The notes beneath the pieces were generated by a model. That model did not search any database. It was not told where the DNA came from and saw nothing but the letters and a program-made list of their open reading frames with translations. From Auanema rhodensis (Eukaryota; Animalia; Nematoda), in NCBI GenBank assembly GCA_964057225.1, contig OZ059899.1, forward strand, positions 17,112,001-17,176,000: a stretch of DNA of 64,000 bases, written 5' to 3'. The translations under genes and the position numbers were made by a program. Below are positions 1 through 12,800 of the stretch, one piece after another. Every line of letters starts with the position of its first letter. The stretch's first letter is position 1.

Positions 1-122
1 GCGCAAATCTGATAACACAGATCGACGCAGCTTAAAAATTCGCATCGAATGCACTATACAACATTGAGAAACGCTTAATACAAAAATTAGTTATGATCGT
101 TTGAAAAAAGACGCATTAGTGT

Positions 123-150
123 ATGTTGAGTTTCCATGTACACTCAACAT
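123..150. repeat. Perfect 9-bp inverted repeat in each monomer (ATGTTGAGT-N10-ACTCAACAT); first copy shown
   Basis: 123-131 is the exact reverse complement of 142-150. Confidence 0.9.
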
Positions 151-157
151 TGCTTCC

Positions 158-236
158 AAAAACATTTTTACAAAAATTTTTCCGAAAAATTTCAAAATAA
201 TTTCGCAAAAAGTAGATGTTTTTAGATTCCTTTTTT
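158..236. repeat. A-tract/T-tract segment of the monomer made of short AAAAA..TTTT(T) sub-repeats; first copy shown
   Basis: AAAAACATTTTT ac AAAAATTTTT ccg AAAAATTT c AAAATAATTT cgc AAAAA ... TTTTT ... TTTTTT read directly. Confidence 0.85.
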
Positions 237-300
237 CAAGGCAAAGACGATGGACAATGTTATTCAACGAAAAAATTAATTCTGCAGGGTGAAAATCGAG

Positions 301-322
301 GATATAAGTGTGAACTTATATC
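301..322. repeat. Perfect 9-bp inverted repeat with 4-nt loop in each monomer (GATATAAGT-GTGA-ACTTATATC); first copy shown
   Basis: 301-309 is the exact reverse complement of 314-322. It overlaps a second dyad ATATCA-gt-TGATAT (318-331). Confidence 0.9.
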
Positions 323-683
323 AGTTGATATCTCGGTGCATTTTTGAGCTAGCGCAAATCTGATAACACAGATCGACGCAGCTTAAAAATTCGCATCGAA
401 TGCACTATACAACATTGAGAAACGCTTAATACAAAAATTAGTTATGATCGTTTGAAAAAAGACGCATTAGTGTATGTTGAGTTTCCATGTACACTCAACA
501 TTGCTTCCAAAAACATTTTTACAAAAATTTTTCCGAAAAATTTCAAAATAATTTCGCGAAAAGTAGATGTTTTTAGATTCCTTTTTTCAAAGCAAAGACG
601 ATGGACAATGTTATTCAACGGAAAAATTAATTCTGCAGGGTGAAAATCGAGGATATAAGTGTGAACTTATATCAGTTGATATC

Positions 684-750
684 TCGGTGCATTTTTAAGC
701 TAGCGCAAATCTGATAACACAGATCGACGCAGCTTAAAAATCCGCATCGA
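684..750. repeat. ~67-bp imperfect inverted repeat spanning each monomer junction; representative copy
   Basis: TCGGTGC ATTTTTAAGCT a GCG caa ATCTG ataaca CAGAT cga CGC AGCTTAAAAAT cc GCATCGA. The arms pair in nested segments of 7 (one G-T), 11, 3 and 5 bp. Confidence 0.85.
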
Positions 751-3700
751 ATGCACTATACAACATTGAGAAACGCTTAATACAAAAATTAGTTATGATC
801 GTTTGAAAAAAGATGCATTAGTGTATGTTGAGTTTCCATGTACACTCAACATTGCTTCCAAAAACATTTTTACAAAAATTTTTCCGAAAAATTTCAAAAA
901 AATTTCGCAAAAAGTAGATGTTTTTAGATTCCTTTTTTCAAGGCAAAGACGATGGACAATGTTATTCAACGGAAAAATTAATTCTGCAGGGTGAAAATCG
1001 AGGATATAAGTGTGAACTTATATCAGTTGATATCTCGGTGCATTTTTAAGCTAGCGCAAATCTGATAAAACAGATCGACGCAGCTTAACAATCCGCATCG
1101 AATGCACTGTACAACATTGAGAAACGCTTAATACAAAAATTAGTTATGATCGTTTGAAAAAAGATGCATTAGTGTATGTTGAGTTTCCATGTACACTCAA
1201 CATTGCTTCCAAAAACATTTTGACAAAAATTTTTTCGAAAAATTTCAAAATAATTTCGCAAAAAGTAAATGTTTTTAGATTCCTTTTTTTAAGGCAAAGA
1301 CGATGGACAATGTTATTCAACGAAAAAATTAATTCTGCAGGGTGAAAATCGAGGATATAAGTGTGAACTTATATCAGTTGATATCTCGGTGCATTTTTAA
1401 GCTAGCGCAAATCTGATAACACAGATCGACGCAGCTTAAAAATTCGCATCGAATGCACTATACAACATTGAGAAACGCTTAATACAAAAATTAGTTATGA
1501 TCGTTTGAAAAAAGACGCATTAGTGTATGTTGAGTTTCCATGTACACTCAACATTGCTTCCAAAAACATTTTTACAAAAATTTTTCCGAAAAATTTCAAA
1601 ATAATTTCGCAAAAAGTAGATGTTTTTAGATTCCTTTTTTCAAGGCAAAGACGATGGACAATGTTATTCAACGAAAAAATTAATTCTGCAGGATGAAAAT
1701 CGAGGATATAAGTGTGAACTTATATCAGTTGATATCTCGGTGCATTTTTGAGCTAGCGCAAATCTGATAACACAGATCGACGCAGCTTAAAAATTCGCAT
1801 CGAATGCACTATACAACATTGAGAAACGCTTAATACAAAAATTAGTTATGATCGTTTGAAAAAAGACGCATTAGTGTATGTTGAGTTTCCATGTACACTC
1901 AACATTGCTTCCAAAAACATTTTTACAAAAATTTTTCCGAAAAATTTCAAAATAATTTCGCAAAAAGTAGATGTTTTTAGATTCCTTTTTTCAAGGCAAA
2001 GACGATGGACAATGTTATTCAACGAAAAAATTAATTCTGCAGGGTGAAAATCGAGGATATAAGTGTGAACTTATATCAGTTGATATCTCGGTGCATTTTT
2101 GAGCTAGCGCAAATCTGATAACACAGATCGACGCAGCTTAAAAATTCGCATCGAATGCACTATACAACATTGAGAAACGCTTAATACAAAAATTAGTTAT
2201 GATCGTTTGAAAAAAGACGCATTAGTGTATGTTGAGTTTCCATGTACACTCAACATTGCTTCCAAAAACATTTTTACAAAAATTGTTCCGAAAAATTTCA
2301 AAATAATTTCGCAAAAAGTAGATGTTTTTAGATTCCTTTTTTTAAGGCAAAGACGATGGACAATGTTATTCAACGAAAAAATTAATTCTGCAGGGTGAAA
2401 ATCGAGGATATAAGTGTGAACTTATATCAGTTGATATCTCGGTGCATTTTTAAGCTAGCGCAAATCTGATAACACAGATCGACGCAGCTTAAAAATCCGC
2501 ATCGAATGCACTATACTACATTGAGAAACGCTTAATACAAAAATTAGTTATGATCGTTTGAAAAATGATGCATTAGTGTATGTTGAGTTTCCATGTACAC
2601 TCAACATTGCTTCCAAAAACATTTTGACAAAAATTTTTTCGAAAAATTTCAAAATAATTTCGCAAAAAGTAAATGTTTTTAGATTCCTTTTTTTAAGGCA
2701 AAGACGATGGACAATGTTATTCAACGAAAAAATTAATTCTGCAGGGTGAAAATCGAGGATATAAGTGTGAACTTATATCAGTTGATATCTCGGTGCATTT
2801 TTAAGCTAGCGCAAATCTGATAACACAGATCGACGCAGCTTAAAAATCCGCATCGAATGCACTATACTACATTGAGAAACGCTTAATACAAAAATTAGTT
2901 ATGATCGTTTGAAAAATGATGCATTAGTGTATGTTGAGTTTCCATGTACACTCAACATTGCTTCCAAAAACATTTTGACAAAAATTTTTTCGAAAAATTT
3001 CAAAATAATTTCGCAAAAAGTAAATGTTTTTAGATTCCTTTTTTTAAGGCAAAGACGATGGACAATGTTATTCAACGAAAAAATTAATTCTGCAGGGTGA
3101 AAATCGAGGATATAAGTGTGAACTTATATCAGTTGATATCTCGGTGCATTTTTAAGCTAGCGCAAATCTGATAACACAGATCGACGCAGCTTAAAAATCC
3201 GCATCGAATGCACTATACTACATTGAGAAACGCTTAATACAAAAATTAGTTATGATCGTTTGAAAAATGATGCATTAGTGTATGTTGAGTTTCCATGTAC
3301 ACTCAACATTGCTTCCAAAAACATTTTGACAAAAATTTTTTCGAAAAATTTCAGAATATTTTAGCAAAAAATAGTTGTTTTTAGATTTCTTTTTTCAAGG
3401 CAAAGACGATGGACAATGTTATTCAACGAAAAAATTAATTCTGCAGGGTGAAAATCGAGGATATAAGTGTGAACTTATATCAGTTGATATCTCGGTGCAT
3501 TTTTAAGCTAGCGCAAATCTGATAACACAAATCGACGCAGCTTAAAAATTCGCATCGAATGCACTATACAACATTGAGAAACGCTTAATACAAAAATTAG
3601 TTATGATCGTTTGAAAAATGATGCATTAGTGTATGTTGAGTTTCCATGTACACTCAACATTGCTTCCAAAAACATTTTTACAAAAATTTTTCCGAAAAAT

Positions 3701-6700
3701 TTCAAAATAATTTCGCAAAAAGTAGATGTTTTTAGATTCCTTTTTTCAAGGCAAAGACGATGGACAATGTTATTCAACGAAAAAATTAATTCTGCAGGGT
3801 GAAAATCGAGGATATAAGTGTGAACTTATATCAGTTGATATCTCGGTGCATTTTTAAGCTAGCGCAAATCTGATAACACAGATCGACGCAGCTTAAAAAT
3901 TCGCATCGAATGCACTATACAACATTGAGAAACGCTTAATACAAAAATTAGTTATGATCGTTTGAAAAAAGACGCATTAGTGTATGTTGAGTTTCCATGT
4001 ACACTCAACATTGCTTCCAAAAACATTTTTACAAAAATTTTTCCGAAAAATTTCAAAATAATTTCGCAAAAAGTAGATGTTTTTAGATTCCTTTTTTCAA
4101 GGCAAAGACGATGGACAATGTTATTCAACGAAAAAATTAATTCTGCAGGGTGAAAATCGAGGATATAAGTGTGAACTTATATCAGTTGATATCTCGGTGC
4201 ATTTTTGAGCTAGCGCAAATCTGATAACACAGATCGACGCAGCTTAAAAATTCGCATCGAATGCACTATACAACATTGAGAAACGCTTAATACAAAAATT
4301 AGTTATGATCGTTTGAAAAAAGACGCATTAGTGTATGTTGAGTTTCCATGTACACTCAACATTGCTTCCAAAAACATTTTTACAAAAATTTTTCCGAAAA
4401 ATTTCAAAATAATTTCGCAAAAAGTAGATGTTTTTAGATTCCTTTTTTCAAGGCAAAGACGATGGACAATGTTATTCAACGAAAAAATTAATTCTGCAGG
4501 GTGAAAATCGAGGATATAAGTGTGAACTTATATCAGTTGATATCTCGGTGCATTTTTGAGCTAGCGCAAATCTGATAACACAGATCGACGCAGCTTAAAA
4601 ATTCGCATCGAATGCACTATACAACATTGAGAAACGCTTAATACAAAAATTAGTTATGATCGTTTGAAAAAAGACGCATTAGTGTATGTTGAGTTTCCAT
4701 GTACACTCAACATTGCTTCCAAAAACATTTTTACAAAAATTTTTCCGAAAAATTTCAAAATAATTTCGCGAAAAGTAGATGTTTTTAGATTCCTTTTTTC
4801 AAAGCAAAGACGATGGACAATGTTATTCAACGGAAAAATTAATTCTGCAGGGTGAAAATCGAGGATATAAGTGTGAACTTATATCAGTTGATATCTCGGT
4901 GCATTTTTAAGCTAGCGCAAATCTGATAACACAGATCGACGCAGCTTAAAAATCCGCATCGAATGCACTATACAACATTGAGAAACGCTTAATACAAAAA
5001 TTAGTTATGATCGTTTGAAAAAAGATGCATTAGTGTATGTTGAGTTTCCATGTACACTCAACATTGCTTCCAAAAACATTTTTACAAAAATTTTTCCGAA
5101 AAATTTCAAAAAAATTTCGCAAAAAGTAGATGTTTTTAGATTCCTTTTTTCAAGGCAAAGACGATGGACAATGTTATTCAACGGAAAAATTAATTCTGCA
5201 GGGTGAAAATCGAGGATATAAGTGTGAACTTATATCAGTTGATATCTCGGTGCATTTTTAAGCTAGCGCAAATCTGATAAAACAGATCGACGCAGCTTAA
5301 CAATCCGCATCGAATGCACTGTACAACATTGAGAAACGCTTAATACAAAAATTAGTTATGATCGTTTGAAAAAAGATGCATTAGTGTATGTTGAGTTTCC
5401 ATGTACACTCAACATTGCTTCCAAAAACATTTTGACAAAAATTTTTTCGAAAAATTTCAAAATAATTTCGCAAAAAGTAAATGTTTTTAGATTCCTTTTT
5501 TTAAGGCAAAGACGATGGACAATGTTATTCAACGAAAAAATTAATTCTGCAGGGTGAAAATCGAGGATATAAGTGTGAACTTATATCAGTTGATATCTCG
5601 GTGCATTTTTAAGCTAGCGCAAATCTGATAACACAGATCGACGCAGCTTAAAAATTCGCATCGAATGCACTATACAACATTGAGAAACGCTTAATACAAA
5701 AATTAGTTATGATCGTTTGAAAAAAGACGCATTAGTGTATGTTGAGTTTCCATGTACACTCAACATTGCTTCCAAAAACATTTTTACAAAAATTTTTCCG
5801 AAAAATTTCAAAATAATTTCGCAAAAAGTAGATGTTTTTAGATTCCTTTTTTCAAGGCAAAGACGATGGACAATGTTATTCAACGAAAAAATTAATTCTG
5901 CAGGGTGAAAATCGAGGATATAAGTGTGAACTTATATCAGTTGATATCTCGGTGCATTTTTGAGCTAGCGCAAATCTGATAACACAGATCGACGCAGCTT
6001 AAAAATTCGCATCGAATGCACTATACAACATTGAGAAACGCTTAATACAAAAATTAGTTATGATCGTTTGAAAAAAGACGCATTAGTGTATGTTGAGTTT
6101 CCATGTACACTCAACATTGCTTCCAAAAACATTTTTACAAAAATTTTTCCGAAAAATTTCAAAATAATTTCGCAAAAAGTAGATGTTTTTAGATTCCTTT
6201 TTTCAAGGCAAAGACGATGGACAATGTTATTCAACGAAAAAATTAATTCTGCAGGGTGAAAATCGAGGATATAAGTGTGAACTTATATCAGTTGATATCT
6301 CGGTGCATTTTTGAGCTAGCGCAAATCTGATAACACAGATCGACGCAGCTTAAAAATTCGCATCGAATGCACTATACAACATTGAGAAACGCTTAATACA
6401 AAAATTAGTTATGATCGTTTGAAAAAAGACGCATTAGTGTATGTTGAGTTTCCATGTACACTCAACATTGCTTCCAAAAACATTTTTACAAAAATTTTTC
6501 CGAAAAATTTCAAAATAATTTCGCAAAAAGTAGATGTTTTTAGATTCCTTTTTTTAAGGCAAAGACGATGGACAATGTTATTCAACGAAAAAATTAATTC
6601 TGCAGGGTGAAAATCGAGGATATAAGTGTGAACTTATATCAGTTGATATCTCGGTGCATTTTTAAGCTAGCGCAAATCTGATAACACAGATCGACGCAGC

Positions 6701-9700
6701 TTAAAAATCCGCATCGAATGCACTATACTACATTGAGAAACGCTTAATACAAAAATTAGTTATGATCGTTTGAAAAATGATGCATTAGTGTATGTTGAGT
6801 TTCCATGTACACTCAACATTGCTTCCAAAAACATTTTGACAAAAATTTTTTCGAAAAATTTCAAAATAATTTCGCAAAAAGTAAATGTTTTTAGATTCCT
6901 TTTTTTAAGGCAAAGACGATGGACAATGTTATTCAACGAAAAAATTAATTCTGCAGGGTGAAAATCGAGGATATAAGTGTGAACTTATATCAGTTGATAT
7001 CTCGGTGCATTTTTAAGCTAGCGCAAATCTGATAACACAGATCGACGCAGCTTAAAAATCCGCATCGAATGCACTATACTACATTGAGAAACGCTTAATA
7101 CAAAAATTAGTTATGATCGTTTGAAAAATGATGCATTAGTGTATGTTGAGTTTCCATGTACACTCAACATTGCTTCCAAAAACATTTTGACAAAAATTTT
7201 TTCGAAAAATTTCAAAATAATTTCGCAAAAAGTAAATGTTTTTAGATTCCTTTTTTTAAGGCAAAGACGATGGACAATGTTATTCAACGAAAAAATTAAT
7301 TCTGCAGGGTGAAAATCGAGGATATAAGTGTGAACTTATATCAGTTGATATCTCGGTGCATTTTTAAGCTAGCGCAAATCTGATAACACAGATCGACGCA
7401 GCTTAAAAATCCGCATCGAATGCACTATACTACATTGAGAAACGCTTAATACAAAAATTAGTTATGATCGTTTGAAAAATGATGCATTAGTGTATGTTGA
7501 GTTTCCATGTACACTCAACATTGCTTCCAAAAACATTTTGACAAAAATTTTTTCGAAAAATTTCAGAATATTTTAGCAAAAAATAGTTGTTTTTAGATTT
7601 CTTTTTTCAAGGCAAAGACGATGGACAATGTTATTCAACGAAAAAATTAATTCTGCAGGGTGAAAATCGAGGATATAAGTGTGAACTTATATCAGTTGAT
7701 ATCTCGGTGCATTTTTAAGCTAGCGCAAATCTGATAACACAAATCGACGCAGCTTAAAAATTCGCATCGAATGCACTATACAACATTGAGAAACGCTTAA
7801 TACAAAAATTAGTTATGATCGTTTGAAAAATGATGCATTAGTGTATGTTGAGTTTCCATGTACACTCAACATTGCTTCCAAAAACATTTTTACAAAAATT
7901 TTTCCGAAAAATTTCAAAATAATTTCGCAAAAAGTAGATGTTTTTAGATTCCTTTTTTCAAGGCAAAGACGATGGACAATGTTATTCAACGAAAAAATTA
8001 ATTCTGCAGGGTGAAAATCGAGGATATAAGTGTGAACTTATATCAGTTGATATCTCGGTGCATTTTTAAGCTAGCGCAAATCTGATAACACAGATCGACG
8101 CAGCTTAAAAATCCGCATCGAATGCACTATACTACATTGAGAAACGCTTAATACAAAAATTAGTTATGATCGTTTGAAAAAAGATGCATTAGTGTATGTT
8201 GAGTTTCCATGTACACTCAACATTGCTTCCAAAAACATTTTGACAAAAATTTTTTCGAAAAATTTCAAAATAATTTCGCAAAAAGTAAATGTTTTTAGAT
8301 TCCTTTTTTTAAGGCAAAGACGATGGACAATGTTATTCAACGAAAAAATTAATTCTGCAGGGTGAAAATCGAGGATATAAGTGTGAACTTATATCAGTTG
8401 ATATCTCGGTGCATTTTTAAGCTAGCGCAAATCTGATAACACAGATCGACGCAGCTTAAAAATTCGCATCGAATGCACTATACAACATTGAGAAACGCTT
8501 AATACAAAAATTAGTTATGATCGTTTGAAAAAAGACGCATTAGTGTATGTTGAGTTTCCATGTACACTCAACATTGCTTCCAAAAACATTTTTACAAAAA
8601 TTTTTCCGAAAAATTTCAAAATAATTTCGCAAAAAGTAGATGTTTTTAGATTCCTTTTTTCAAGGCAAAGACGATGGACAATGTTATTCAACGAAAAAAT
8701 TAATTCTGCAGGGTGAAAATCGAGGATATAAGTGTGAACTTATATCAGTTGATATCTCGGTGCATTTTTGAGCTAGCGCAAATCTGATAACACAGATCGA
8801 CGCAGCTTAAAAATTCGCATCGAATGCACTATACAACATTGAGAAACGCTTAATACAAAAATTAGTTATGATCGTTTGAAAAAAGACGCATTAGTGTATG
8901 TTGAGTTTCCATGTACACTCAACATTGCTTCCAAAAACATTTTTACAAAAATTTTTCCGAAAAATTTCAAAATAATTTCGCAAAAAGTAGATGTTTTTAG
9001 ATTCCTTTTTTCAAGGCAAAGACGATGGACAATGTTATTCAACGAAAAAATTAATTCTGCAGGGTGAAAATCGAGGATATAAGTGTGAACTTATATCAGT
9101 TGATATCTCGGTGCATTTTTGAGCTAGCGCAAATCTGATAACACAGATCGACGCAGCTTAAAAATTCGCATCGAATGCACTATACAACATTGAGAAACGC
9201 TTAATACAAAAATTAGTTATGATCGTTTGAAAAAAGACGCATTAGTGTATGTTGAGTTTCCATGTACACTCAACATTGCTTCCAAAAACATTTTTACAAA
9301 AATTTTTCCGAAAAATTTCAAAATAATTTCGCAAAAAGTAGATGTTTTTAGATTCCTTTTTTTAAGGCAAAGACGATGGACAATGTTATTCAACGAAAAA
9401 ATTAATTCTGCAGGGTGAAAATCGAGGATATAAGTGTGAACTTATATCAGTTGATATCTCGGTGCATTTTTAAGCTAGCGCAAATCTGATAACACAGATC
9501 GACGCAGCTTAAAAATCCGCATCGAATGCACTATACTACATTGAGAAACGCTTAATACAAAAATTAGTTATGATCGTTTGAAAAATGATGCATTAGTGTA
9601 TGTTGAGTTTCCATGTACACTCAACATTGCTTCCAAAAACATTTTGACAAAAATTTTTTCGAAAAATTTCAAAATAATTTCGCAAAAAGTAAATGTTTTT

Positions 9701-9828
9701 AGATTCCTTTTTTTAAGGCAAAGACGATGGACAATGTTATTCAACGAAAAAATTAATTCTGCAGGGTGAAAATCGAGGATATAAGTGTGAACTTATATCA
9801 GTTGATATCTCGGTGCATTTTTAAGCTA

Positions 9829-12800
9829 GCGCAAATCTGATAACACAGATCGACGCAGCTTAAAAATCCGCATCGAATGCACTATACTACATTGAGAAAC
9901 GCTTAATACAAAAATTAGTTATGATCGTTTGAAAAATGATGCATTAGTGTATGTTGAGTTTCCATGTACACTCAACATTGCTTCCAAAAACATTTTGACA
10001 AAAATTTTTTCGAAAAATTTCAGAATATTTTAGCAAAAAATAGTTGTTTTTAGATTTCTTTTTTCAAGGCAAAGACGATGGACAATGTTATTCAACGAAA
10101 AAATTAATTCTGCAGGGTGAAAATCGAGGATATAAGTGTGAACTTATATCAGTTGATATCTCGGTGCATTTTTAAGCTAGCGCAAATCTGATAACACAAA
10201 TCGACGCAGCTTAAAAATTCGCATCGAATGCACTATACAACATTGAGAAACGCTTAATACAAAAATTAGTTATGATCGTTTGAAAAAAGACGCATTAGTG
10301 TATGTTGAGTTTCCATGTACACTCAACATTGCTTCCAAAAACATTTTTACAAAAATTTTTCCGAAAAATTTCAAAATAATTTCGCAAAAAGTAGATGTTT
10401 TTAGATTCCTTTTTTCAAGGCAAAGACGATGGACAATGTTATTCAACGAAAAAATTAATTCTGCAGGGTGAAAATCGAGGATATAAGTGTGAACTTATAT
10501 CAGTTGATATCTCGGTGCATTTTTAAGCTAGCGCAAATCTGATAACACAGATCGACGCAGCTTAAAAATCCGCATCGAATGCACTATACTACATTGAGAA
10601 ACGCTTAATACAAAAATTAGTTATGATCGTTTGAAAAATGATGCATTAGTGTATGTTGAGTTTCCATGTACACTCAACATTGCTTCCAAAAACATTTTGA
10701 CAAAAATTTTTTCGAAAAATTTCAGAATATTTTAGCAAAAAATAGTTGTTTTTAGATTCCTTTTTTCAAGGCAAAGACGATGGACAATGTTATTCAACGA
10801 AAAAATTAATTCTGCAGGGTGAAAATCGAGGATATAAGTGTGAACTTATATCAGTTGATATCTCGGTGCATTTTTAAGCTAGCGCAAATCTGATAACACA
10901 AATCGACGCAGCTTAAAAATCCGCATCGAATGCACTATACAACATTAAGAAACGCTTAATACAAAAATTAGTTATGATCGTTTGAAAAAAGACGCATTAG
11001 TGTATGTTGAGTTTCCATGTACACTCAACATTGCTTCCAAAAACATTTTGACAAAAATTTTTTCGAAAAATTTCAAAATAATTTCGCAAAAAGTAAATGT
11101 TTTTAGATTCCTTTTTTTAAGGCAAAGACGATGGACAATGTTATTCAACGAAAAAATTAATTCTGCAGGGTGAAAATCGAGGATATAAGTGTGAACTTAT
11201 ATCAGTTGATATCTCGGTGCATTTTTAAGCTAGCGCAAATCTGATAACACAGATCGACGCAGCTTAAAAATCCGCATCGAATGCACTATACAACATTGAG
11301 AAACGCTTAATACAAAAATTAGTTATGATCGTTTGAAAAAAGATGCATTAGTGTATGTTGAGTTTCCATGTACACTCAACATTGCTTCCAAAAACATTTT
11401 GACAAAAATTTTTTCGAAAAATTTCAAAATAATTTCGCAAAAAGTAAATGTTTTTAGATTCCTTTTTTTAAGGCAAAGACGATGGACAATGTTATTCAAC
11501 GAAAAAATTAATTCTGCAGGGTGAAAATCGAGGATATAAGTGTGAACTTATATCAGTTGATATCTCGGTGCATTTTTGAGCTAGCGCAAATCTGATAACA
11601 CAGATCGACGCAGCTTAAAAATTCGCATCGAATGCACTATACAACATTGAGAAACGCTTAATACAAAAATTAGTTATGATCGTTTGAAAAAAGACGCATT
11701 AGTGTATGTTGAGTTTCCATGTACACTCAACATTGCTTCCAAAAACATTTTTACAAAAATTTTTCCGAAAAATTTCAAAATAATTTCGCAAAAAGTAGAT
11801 GTTTTTAGATTCCTTTTTTCAAGGCAAAGACGATGGACAATGTTATTCAACGAAAAAATTAATTCTGCAGGGTGAAAATCGAGGATATAAGTGTGAACTT
11901 ATATCAGTTGATATCTCGGTGCATTTTTAAGCTAGCGCAAATCTGATAACACAGATCGACGCAGCTTAAAAATCCGCATCGAATGCACTATACTACATTG
12001 AGAAACGCTTAATACAAAAATTAGTTATGATCGTTTGAAAAATGATGCATTAGTGTATGTTGAGTTTCCATGTACACTCAACATTGCTTCCAAAAACATT
12101 TTGACAAAAATTTTTTCGAAAAATTTCAGAATATTTTAGCAAAAAATAGTTGTTTTTAGATTTCTTTTTTCAAGGCAAAGACGATGGACAATGTTATTCA
12201 ACGAAAAAATTAATTCTGCAGGGTGAAAATCGAGGATATAAGTGTGAACTTATATCAGTTGATATCTCGGTGCATTTTTAAGCTAGCGCAAATCTGATAA
12301 CACAAATCGACGCAGCTTAAAAATTCGCATCGAATGCACTATACAACATTGAGAAACGCTTAATACAAAAATTAGTTATGATCGTTTGAAAAAAGACGCA
12401 TTAGTGTATGTTGAGTTTCCATGTACACTCAACATTGCTTCCAAAAACATTTTTACAAAAATTTTTCCGAAAAATTTCAAAATAATTTCGCAAAAAGTAG
12501 ATGTTTTTAGATTCCTTTTTTCAAGGCAAAGACGATGGACAATGTTATTCAACGAAAAAATTAATTCTGCAGGGTGAAAATCGAGGATATAAGTGTGAAC
12601 TTATATCAGTTGATATCTCGGTGCATTTTTAAGCTAGCGCAAATCTGATAACACAGATCGACGCAGCTTAAAAATCCGCATCGAATGCACTATACTACAT
12701 TGAGAAACGCTTAATACAAAAATTAGTTATGATCGTTTGAAAAATGATGCATTAGTGTATGTTGAGTTTCCATGTACACTCAACATTGCTTCCAAAAACA

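Larger units (their letters stand above)
1..351. repeat. Reference monomer (arbitrary phase), 351 bp, ~32% GC
   Basis: Hand count gives 113 G+C of 351 and 14 CpG. One PstI (CTGCAG) and one EcoRV (GATATC) site per typical copy, and an NheI site (GCTAGC) at the junction. Confidence 0.97.
1..8073. repeat. 12-monomer (4212-bp) higher-order duplication
   Basis: Rare variants recur at +4212: ORF variants 452/4664 (SRK..SKQ), 803/5015 (FKKI), the TTAACAATCC variant at ~1089/5301, and stop-type monomers at 3260/7472. Confidence 0.92.

Noticed and set aside
1-351. Canonical CENP-B box (TTCGNNNNANNCGGG)
   Set aside because: TTCG occurs but is not followed by the correctly spaced CGGG on either strand.
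1-351. Monomer as a diverged dimer of ~175-bp subunits
   Set aside because: I could not align the two halves by eye; only the length is suggestive.
1-351. Assignment to Drosophila 1.688 (359-bp) or a named beetle satellite
   Set aside because: Size and AT content are similar, but I do not recognise sequence identity; a database search is needed.
1-702. Satellite-encoded hammerhead ribozyme (as in newt, schistosome and cave-cricket satellites)
   Set aside because: The CTGA occurrences read CTGATAA (+) and CTGATAT (-), not the CUGANGA core, and I could not build the three-stem junction. An Infernal/Rfam scan of a dimer would be the definitive test.
1-702. Tandem 5S rRNA, tRNA, snRNA or spliced-leader RNA gene array
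   Set aside because: No recognisable 5S, tRNA cloverleaf, U snRNA or SL sequence on either strand by eye; not tested with covariance models.
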